Assembly (NCBI GenBank): GCA_951406725.2
Contig: OX597818.1
Coordinates: 90,644,001 to 90,708,000, forward strand
Length of the DNA: 64,000 nt
From: Octopus vulgaris
Taxonomy: Eukaryota
Direction of reading: 5' to 3'
Part shown: one piece after another, positions 54,004 to 64,000 of the stretch
Layout of the letters: each line of letters opens with the position of its first letter
Position numbering within the stretch: the first letter of the stretch is position 1
Translations under genes and position numbers: made by a program
The notes under the pieces: model-generated
What the model saw: only the letters and a program-made list of their open reading frames with translations
Database searches by the model: none
What the model was told of the DNA's origin: nothing

Positions 54004-54599
54004 TAGCATTGCAGGAATTTATTTGTAATTACATTTTGAATTCCCCTTGTTCTATTCTTTGATGGACACACACAAACACACACACAGATTAATATATATA
54101 TACATAAACACTTATGTATATACTTAGATAGACATATATACATATATACATACATACATGCATACATACATGCGTACATATATATATAGTGGTAGGGGAG
54201 AGAGTGAGAGAGTCAATGTTTATTTATGTTTGACTCTCTTTTACAATTCTCCGACGTAATGTGCCATTTGGATGATATTGTGAAATATCCCAGATCGAAT
54301 TAAGTCGATTGATGCCAATACTCTATGGCAGGACAAACTGTATAATCACGTTAGCGCTCATTTCCAAATAATCTATATGGTATGGCAGTGGAATGATAGA
54401 AACATGAAGCAGATGGAGCTAGTGGAAGACATTAAAGATACCGTTGTAGTTGTTCCATGCAGAATGTGCGGGTTTGAGTAAAAACAGTTGGGTAGTGTTG
54501 GAAAAACTGAAAACTTGATGCCTGCTTTATAATATATGTATATATATATATATAATTTTCCTACAGAGACATGCAGAAAAATAGATAGTATATGCGTAC

Positions 54600-54633
<34 letters not shown>

Positions 54634-54637
<4 letters not shown>

Positions 54638-54816
54638 GGGTATCTGAGAGATACAACCATGCCGAAATAGCAGTCAAACCCTGACCCTAAAAACCACCTT
54701 AAATGTTCATATCTCGCCATATGAAAATTTATGGCGCGATATGAACATTTGGTTGGTTTTCAAGGTCAGGGTTTTGACTGCTATTTCGTCATATGGTATT
54801 TCTCAGATACACTTAT
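54634..54816. repeat. Fold-back element, ~88-bp imperfect arms, 8-nt loop
   Basis: 54634-54721 pairs with 54730-54816 (gtatctgaga/tctcagatac, cgaaatagcagtcaaa/tttgactgctatttcg, aaatgttcatatc/gatatgaacattt). Confidence 0.9.
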
Positions 54817-54904
54817 AAATAATTATTACCTTTGTATGGTATTTATTCACATGCTGGCCACTTGATAAGATCGATATTTAAATATCGATATTATCCTTAT
54901 ATAT

Positions 54905-54943
<39 letters not shown>

Positions 54944-54979
54944 ACATACATACATATATCTATATCTATCTCTCCATCT

Positions 54980-55041
<62 letters not shown>

Positions 55042-55291
55042 ATACGTCATCATTTATCTACCTAATTTATGTACCTATCAACACACACACATATACAAAT
55101 ACACACACGCACACACATAACGGCCTCAATAACGCTAATAAAAATAACAAGGTAAAAGCTATTATTTTTCATTTACTTCGAAACCTGCTATTAAATCGTG
55201 GTTTTGGGCGTGTTGGCTGCTATTTCTAGCATGTAAAAATTACCTGTTAAAGTGTAGTCTTCTTCTGTGTTTAAATGTACACTATTTTAAC

Positions 55292-55359
<68 letters not shown>

Positions 55360-55406
55360 GTATATATGCATATATATGCATATATATATATATACATATA
55401 AATATA

Positions 55407-55463
<57 letters not shown>

Positions 55464-56518
55464 ATGTGTGTGTATAAAGAGAGCGAGAGAATTTATAATA
55501 AAGGAGAATAAAGGAGAATCTATATCCACTTAATTACTTCTTTTCGTTTCTACACCTACACATGTTTCTTCGGTAATTAACTATTGCGGCCAACAAAATT
55601 TGCATCTTTATGTCCACTTATTGTTAGGTGCCACTTCTTCAAGAAGGAATCAATCAAACTGGCTAAATGTTTTAGACACTCACGGGGGTTAGGCGGCATC
55701 AATAACCGGTACATGCGACTACGGTATCCACTTGGTTTCTGTATCCCTACCAACTATAATTTAGAAACACACACGCACACACACGCATATATTCATAAAT
55801 ATATACATAAATACACACACAAACACACACACACACACATATATAAATATATGTGTATAAAATAAAAGAAGGAAAATGCACAAGGTTTACATAGTTTTAA
55901 TATATTTTAAATGTAAGTGTATTGTGGTTGTCGACCAGTTTCTCTTTCGCAATCATGATATGAAATTATTATACTATCGTATTTTCTTGAGAATAATTTA
56001 GTCCACGTCCTTGTATGAGGTTTTTGAATAAATCAAATAGAAAAATCTAGGGGAGGTAATTGGTGATAGTTATTACTTCAGACAAGGGAAGTATTTGCTT
56101 ACGTTTGGAGTGGGATAAATTAACCTAGAAGCTAAAGTAGTGAGATGAAATATGTAGTGATGGATATGTGATCATGAGTTAAGACTAAATTTAGTTATGC
56201 GTTCATATTTAGGTGTCTTCTGTATTTTTCGATAAATGGATTTTCTTTATTTAAACTTCCTTGTACAGAAATTCTTTCTTTGCACTGCTAGATGGAGAAA
56301 ACTGAGAAATTTGTTTGGCCATTCCCTGCACATCTCTCTGTGTGTTCACTCAAAGGTATCTGTCTTATACATTAGGAAACGGATCGGTTCCTTTTGTAGT
56401 GTGACATATTTTTGGTCCTATATAGTTGTGCCCACAACCTAATTTAAAGTTAAGTGAACACATAGAAAGAGTTTTCTACAACAACATGAATTAAATTCTT
56501 CTTAAGAAAATACGAAAT

Positions 56519-57395
56519 TATTGGGTTATCCCATAAATGACGCGGTTCTTTCAAATGCATGAAATAAAGTCGTTGGGGGCACAGGATAAACTACCTGCAT
56601 CAGCTTGCTATAAAAGCAGGTAGTAATTTTACTTTGTCCTTAACCTTATTACGAGTTTTGAAGAGTGCACCTCTATTTTAACAGTTATATTTTCAAAGCT
56701 ATAATGGAAGTAACAAAGGAGCATATTCGGCATATTTTGCTTTATGAGTTCAATAAAGGCAACAACGCAGCAGAAAGTGCGAGGAATATCTATGTAGTAT
56801 ACGGCAATTGGACAATAAGCTCAAGCCAGTGTCAACGGTGGTTCCAGAAATTCTGAGCCGGAAACTATAGCCTAGAAGACGAGCCTCGTCCTGGAAGATC
56901 TGTAGAGCTCGGCGAAGGCATCCTGCAAAACTTGGTGGAAGAAAATCCGATAGTAAATGTTGAGGGACAAATAGAAAAGCTTGGGATTGGTAATTTAATC
57001 AGTCATTCAAGTCAGCACTAGAAAAGAATCCGACCATCTTTTCAAGACGAAAGGTATTCCTCCACTAGGATACTGCTCGGCCACATAAAACGAGGATGAC
57101 ATTCCAAATGCCGGAGCAGTTTGAATGGGAAATGATGCCCCACCTACCATATTCGCCGGATATTACCTCATCTGACTATCATTTATTCCGCGGTCTTAAA
57201 ATAATCTGGACAGAACAAATATGAATTCGGAAGAGGAGTTTAGTACATTACCTGAGAAGAATTTTGGAAGAGGGGCCTTGCAGTCTAGCAGATACATGGA
57301 AGAGCATTGTAGAAAATGAAGGAGAGTATATTTTAGATGAAGAAAGAACTTTGTTTAAATTTTGGAAAATAAAAGAAGTATTTAAGAAATCCCCA
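56519..57395 (+). mobile_element. mariner (DD34D) transposon, internally deleted pseudogene
   Basis: TA-ttgggttatcccataa terminus; MEVTKEHIRHILLYEFNKG...QRWFQKF*AGNYSLEDEPRPGR, DTARPH, HLPYSPDITSSDYHLFRGL. Confidence 0.92.
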
Positions 57396-57556
57396 CTACA
57401 ATCATTTCAATGTGATGATTAGCGAAAGCGAAACCGTTCAACAACTACAATACTCTTTCATTTAAAATATATAAAAACTTTGTAAACTGTGTGCGTTTTC
57501 GTTTTTTTTATTTTATATACATATATTTTTTGCATTAAATGGGGGATAATTAAAAC

Positions 57557-57588
<32 letters not shown>

Positions 57589-57860
57589 ATGTATATGTAT
57601 ATATAGGTATATATATTCTATATCCATATATGTTATATATAAAGTTAATCCAAACATGAAAAAGAAAGAGAAAACACAACAACGCGGGGACGTGGAACAA
57701 GTATAGTGTTATTGGACGCTCAGAGAAGGAAAGAAAGAAGAAGGACTTAATGTTACGAGCGGAGCTCTTCGTCAGAAACCTAGAAAATGAAAGATCCAAG
57801 GATATATGGATAGATATACATATATATTTACATACATCTATATAAGGTGAAAATATATGC

Positions 57861-57892
<32 letters not shown>

Positions 57893-59185
57893 CTGTGTGT
57901 GTGTGTGTGTGCGTGTGTGAATGTATGCATGTAGATTATATGTGTTTGAGTATGTTTATATATATGAGAATAAGGACATCAATAATATGACGGACGACAA
58001 AATAAAAAATGAAGTGATATTTGGGTATTCGTTAGACGTTCGAAGTGAAATGAGAAAGAGGTATGCTTTGACGTTTCCAGCTTCAGCACTTTATCAGAAA
58101 ATTTAAGCTGACAAAAAAGTGTACTAAAAATAACGGAATTACTGGGGAAATGTATTGTAGTCAGAGCCATTTGAGTGTGATTGAGTGCGCTACTCAATAG
58201 CGGTCATCTCCTTCTCCAGCTTGGATCAATATGGTTATACTGCCTAAAGTCCAGCAGCACCTGAGATCGTAGCGGCATGGACGAAAATGAACGAGTAACT
58301 GCTACTGCCCATGCTGCACCTACCTTTTGTACATTTGAATATGGTGCATGATGATAACCTCTACCTGCAATACGCTGTAAGAAATCCTCTTCGTTGAAAA
58401 ATCTTTTCTTACTAAGATACTACTCACTAGTCTTTTGCTTTCTTAGACTCACCAACTAGGCGAAGAACAGCGGATATTGGTTAGTCCAAGCGTATCAAAA
58501 ATCACTATCTAGACCCCTTCTAGACAGATATGCCAATAACAATTTCATTCTGATTCCAAATCATATCGAGGTTAACCTTGTTTATCAATATTTTGGGAAC
58601 GCTAAAATATAATACTAATTAAGTACTGGAATAGATGTGATCAATCGTTAAATTCTCTATCGAGATTTCTTGCTCTATTTCCCTTTTAAGAAGTATTATA
58701 GCTCATTGTGCTCTCATGTGATTTTCCCAAAATTTTAACATGATGAACTCTATTCCACGCTAGAATCTAAAAGAGAAATTTTAAAACGCTAATGTTTGTT
58801 TGAGTAACAGAGGAAATAAGGAAAATAAAACTATTGCATAAAATTTGTATGCTTCATCTTTTATCTTTTATTTATTTCAGTACTTAGAGTGCAACCATAC
58901 TGGAGCATAGATATATAAGTAATACATACACAACAGGCTTCTTTCAGTTTCCGTCTGCCAAATCCACTCACAGTCTTTGGTCGCCCTGACGTTATAGCAG
59001 AAGACGCTTGTCCAAGGTTCGACGTGGTGGAAATGAAGCCGGAACTTTGAGGTAGGGAAGCAAACTTCTTACCACACAGCTATCCCTTTGCTTTCATACT
59101 TTCGGGGTCGATAAAGTAAATAAAAATTTCCCAAATCTGAAGTCTTGTACCTAAAGTAGGGAAGAAAATTTTATTGTCAATATTA

Positions 59186-59905
59186 TTATTTTATGTTTGA
59201 CTTTTGCTTTGCATTTGTACATGTTGGCTCCATGTCTCACCCAGAGACCTCAAGTGAGAACAAGTTCCATCTATTACCCAAGATTTTTACTCACTCTTCC
59301 CAGGGATCCCACTATTATTGGTAATACTGCCACCTTTTTTCATCGACCACAACTGCTTAATCGCCCAAGCTAACCTATCATATCTAACGATTTTCATTCT
59401 TCTTTATCGCATACCTTGCTGTCAGCTGGGTATGCTATATCTGTGATCCAGCGTAGTTGGCTTTCTTTCTCAATTAACGCTATTCCTGGTTTCCTATTCA
59501 CTGTTTCATGGCCGCACTGAATCATAAAATCCTATAGGATCTTTGACTAAAATTTTCGATGATGCCTACGGCTTTATGTTCGTACCACGTTTTTGCTCTG
59601 TCAAGTCCATACATGTTGCAACGTGTCTATTGGGCAATTCTTGCTATATTGTCATGACGTCTCTTATATTCTTTCTGGGCAAGTGGTGTAAATTGCCCAG
59701 TAATATGCCATACGTTTCACCATTCTGTCCACAAATTCTGCTTTTATCACTTTCTGGTGTGTTGTTTATTCTGTATTTGATGTAATTGGTTCTTAATGCT
59801 TGCTCTTAGGCAGCACAGTTTAGAGTCACTGTTTCCGGTTTTAGATCACGTTTATCATCCATAGCCATCTTTTTTCTCTGTCTATCTTATCCTTAACATC
59901 CCTCT
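59186..59905 (-). mobile_element. Dong/R4-clade non-LTR 3' fragment
   Basis: Minus: CAA*EQALRTNYIK...RICGQNGET (zinc knuckle), DFMIQCGHETVNRKPGIALIEK...ITDIAYPAD, VLPIIVGSLG; ends in (TAA)n. Confidence 0.82.
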
Positions 59906-59924
59906 GATATTATTATTATTATTA

Positions 59925-60465
59925 TTGAGTGAGAGAGTAGTGCATGTCATCAAAGTGACACTAGGGTAAATATGCGAAGCCCAGTGTACCCATCATGACT
60001 ACACATCTGATAAGGGTACACTAGGCACATGCATCACAACCATATGTGCGCGGCATGGTGATCTCATATCAAGATAAACAGCGCATGACAATGCAGGTGG
60101 GGCCCAGTTAGACTTTTATTCTGGTCGAGTAGCACATCCCGCTCAAAAGGTCCCTGAATAAAGATTGTTTAAGGATGTTGAACGAACTACCCATGTTTCC
60201 AAAATGTGAATTATCCAAACCTCTAAGAATTCCTTTCAACACACGGTAATGATGCCCCCCTACTTCTGCTCGTAATCAGAAATGCACATATTGTCCGCCA
60301 CTAAGGGATATGGTCAACTGGTTAAGGTCAAACAACTGACAAGCAAATCTGTGGTATTGAGCAGAATATTTGCTGTAGCCCATCTTTTATACCAAAACAA
60401 AACAATGTACATAATAACACTTCCAATCAGTTAAGATCAGAAGCCATGAGAGCCAGTGCCTGCAT
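59925..60465 (-). mobile_element. ~550-bp (TAA)n-embedded element
   Basis: Direct homolog of 12422-12970, directly upstream (minus sense) of the Dong fragment. Confidence 0.85.
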
Positions 60466-60473
60466 CATCATCA

Positions 60474-60646
<173 letters not shown>

Positions 60647-61316
60647 GTGTACAATATAGGCAGTAGTTATTTACAAAAATCCGATAAGCGAAAAAAGGTT
60701 GTTGCGCGAAAGACTAACTGAAAAGTACTGGTATATGCAAGCACTCAACTTGCTAGAAGTAGCAGCTAAATGCAACTTGAACCTTTTTCAATTGCATTGT
60801 GAAAATGCAGGACACATTAGATGATAATATAACGTTTGAATACTTGAAAGAAAAAAAAAACAGAAATAACAGGTGGGATGGCCATAGATGGAATAGCTTC
60901 GATCGCAGATCTGCTCGATAATTACTGACGTAGGGGAAAAAAAGCATAACAACTCACACAACACCCCTTCACAACCATTACCCTAAGACAAACGATAGCA
61001 CCTACACAATCAAATATATTGTCAGTATGTCCGGACATTTACACTGAAAACAGAGGGTTACTTTTTATAGATCGCCTACTGTATTTCTAATGTGTAATTG
61101 CTAACCGTCAATTTTGTTGGTTAGCACTGAGCGTGGCCTCTGACACACGCTGTCAGCAGGCTATGAAGCTATCCATAACACGTCATTTGCTTCACACACC
61201 ATTATAATACACACCAGCATTCACAAATATATGCCCACGCATGAATCAAAAGTAAACACACACACATACCTCCATCATATGTATCTGTGCATGTGTGTGT
61301 GTGTATGGATGCCTGC

Positions 61317-61355
<39 letters not shown>

Positions 61356-61358
61356 TGT

Positions 61359-61397
<39 letters not shown>

Positions 61398-61439
61398 GAG
61401 CAACATATTCGTACACACAAAACTACGTACGAATAAATA

Positions 61440-61523
61440 TTCTTTTGTTCATTTTTCTTTACTTGTTTCAATCATTAGACTGCGGCCATGCTGGGGCACA
61501 TGCACACACATAGATATACACAT

Positions 61524-61562
<39 letters not shown>

Positions 61563-61669
61563 AACGTAAAAGACTTGTTTTATTTATATTCCTGAGCGCC
61601 ATACTAATACAATTGTTTGTTTGTACTCCACCTGCCTTCGTTTTTTGTTTATTTTCATAAAGCTTCCCG

Positions 61670-61716
<47 letters not shown>

Positions 61717-61740
61717 AACATACATACATACATACATACA

Positions 61741-61776
<36 letters not shown>

Positions 61777-61906
61777 TACAGGAAGGGCTTCTTTTAGTTT
61801 TCGTCTACCAAATCCACTCACAAGGCTTTGGCCGGCCCGAGGCTGTAGTAGAAGACACTTGCCCAAGGTGCCATACATGGGAGTGAACCCGGAACCTTAC
61901 GCCTAT
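61440..61906 (-). mobile_element. tRNA-SINE (21514 family), interrupted by microsatellites and a short insert
   Basis: ttacttgtttcaatcattagactgcggccatgctgggg ... gtctaccaaatccactcacaaggctttgg ... gcctata. Confidence 0.75.
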
Positions 61907-64000
61907 ATATCTAACATATACATAATAATATGTATACATACACATGCACGTACAAACACAGAGATATACATATTTCCATATAAATATACATATGCATATT
62001 GATATATACCAGAGTAAGGACAGAAGTGTGAAGGAAGGTCGAAAAATTTGTACTGGAATATCAGAGGTGGCGTGATATGGTTTATTAATAAAGCTGAAAA
62101 GGTATCGCTAAATCTCTGTTACTCAGACACGGGAACGTGAAACTCTGAGTAACAGTTTTTGTGATGTCTTTGCAGGTTTATTAATGAAGTATATTGGTAT
62201 ATGTATATTGTATATGTGTTTATTTATGTTAACTCTCTCTCTTTCAATATATATATATATGTGTGTATGTGTGTGTGTGTGTGTGTGTTTGTGTGTATGT
62301 ACGTCTGTGTGTGTATGTATATATATGTATGAATATATGTATATGTCTGTGTATGCGTGTGTGCGTATGTTAGTGTATGTGTGTGTTCGTATCTGTGCGT
62401 GAGTATGTGTGAGTGTATGTATGTGTGCGCGTGTGTGTATGTGTCTATATGGGTATATTAGTGTGTTTGTGAGTGAGTATTCATAAGACATTCAATCATT
62501 CATTGGGGGATCACCGAAGAAATTTAACTTAAATACCAAATTAAACTTTTACGAAGAAAAGTTCCCTTTGAACGATAGTTACAATAAACTTTGACATTGA
62601 GTCCACATCTCATTCAAACACGGCCCCAATAAATTTGTAAAGAATAGAGAAGATTCACACGATATTATGATGTTCTTGATCACATTATAGACTTCTGTAT
62701 AATAGTAATTTCTTAAGAACTTAAGAGAGAGCCAAACTAGCATGTCTCTCTTCGAAGAACTAACATACTTACGTAGCCCACTAGAATCGTAAAAAAAAAC
62801 CTATGAACCAGTGAAGAAGCCTATATACGCCACTTGATTCGCTAATGTTATTAATAAATTTCTCTCTACATTAAAGTGAATTGTAGTCTTCGTTATTTAT
62901 TTTATCTCTACTGTCTTAACACAAAAAGGAATTTGAGGCCAATGTACGCCTTGATACAAAAAAGGAATACCTTGTATAGGAAATTCCTAGTTACACTATG
63001 CCAGAAAAAAACGTACAAAAGTCGCGTGATAGCTATGATTTGATCCTCTTCGATCGTAGGTATGCTGGATCAAAGCTGATATGTGTCTAAACAACAGCAA
63101 CCTCTTGTATCGCCTTAATTCGATGGACTAGTTTTATATGGATATCGATAAAAAATATATAAGAGAAAGAAAATTACATTACACTAGGCGGAATGTAAGG
63201 TCATTTTCTGTACTGTAGTACTGACTGGCAAGCGATATCTAATTCTGAGTGTACTTCACATCAATACATGAGTGTAAAATGTTTATATACATCATACATT
63301 TGAGGGACAAAAAACAAAACAAAAATGTACCGATAATAATTTTGTACATGACGAAATAAAAACTAATAATATCGATTCTTTATATTCATAAAAACAGTTC
63401 GGGAGAAAATTTACGAAATCTTCGAGAACTTTAAAGTGAAGTTAGAATAGTTTGATTCTCCTAAATAATCTAATTGTTGCTTGATTTATGGATAAAATCA
63501 ACAAGAATACCAGTCATTTTCATTTAGAAAATATATTCAAACTTTATCCTGTCGAGAGAAAACAACAAAAAAAGAAAAATATAATAATACTGAAATAATG
63601 TTTAGTAAAGTCAAACCGATATTGTTATTGGAGATCACAAAATTGAAGCTGGCTTTATTATGAAAGTCAATTGCTTGCTTGTTCTCAGTCTTGTTATAAG
63701 ACATTCAAAGGAAAGAAGAGAGATGACAGGTTTACGACTGCTCTATCCAAAGTATACATTCAGTTTTATTCCATACTACATATTTTAGAAGGCGATATAA
63801 CAACCATTCTAAATCAAATCATAATGGCGCTTGATTTGTATTAGAAAGAAAGACATAAAGTCTTCAACCTTCAGTTAAACACAATATCACAGACAATAAA
63901 TATGTACGGAAACTATGCAAGACGAAAGAATAAAGAATAGAGTGAAAGAACTCGACTCTCCAAACTGACCAGACCTATGTGGTATATATTTATTCTTCTG

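Noticed and set aside
54377-54481. Short open frame MVWQWNDRNMKQMELVEDIKD...CRMCGFE
   Set aside because: No recognisable family or convincing splice context.

Overview
Eukaryotic, AT-rich, microsatellite-saturated DNA that looks like an octopus (coleoid cephalopod) genome; the organism is inferred from the gene and the repeat style. Nearly all ORFs in the supplied track are translations of microsatellites. One host gene can be assembled by hand: a 7-exon, + strand S-crystallin (sigma-class GST-derived lens protein), CDS 10499-41307, 819 nt / 272 aa. All six introns are GT-AG with consistent phases. It has a TATA/AP-1 promoter candidate and a long Met/Ser-rich loop encoded by two phase-0 exons. 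The rest is decayed mobile DNA: Tc1/mariner, Tigger, hAT MITEs, Helitron-like elements, CR1, RTE, Tx1, Dong/R4 and Penelope-like remnants, and several tRNA-SINE families. Not explained by those annotations: (i) type I hammerhead-ribozyme motifs, one apparently intact (51917-52015, minus) and one near-intact in sense orientation inside crystallin intron 4 (27528-27613), both with an enlarged stem II and a palindromic stem III; (ii) many short fold-back elements sitting in microsatellites, some carrying hammerhead remnants. Repeat boundaries are read by eye and are approximate; exon and ribozyme coordinates were counted explicitly.
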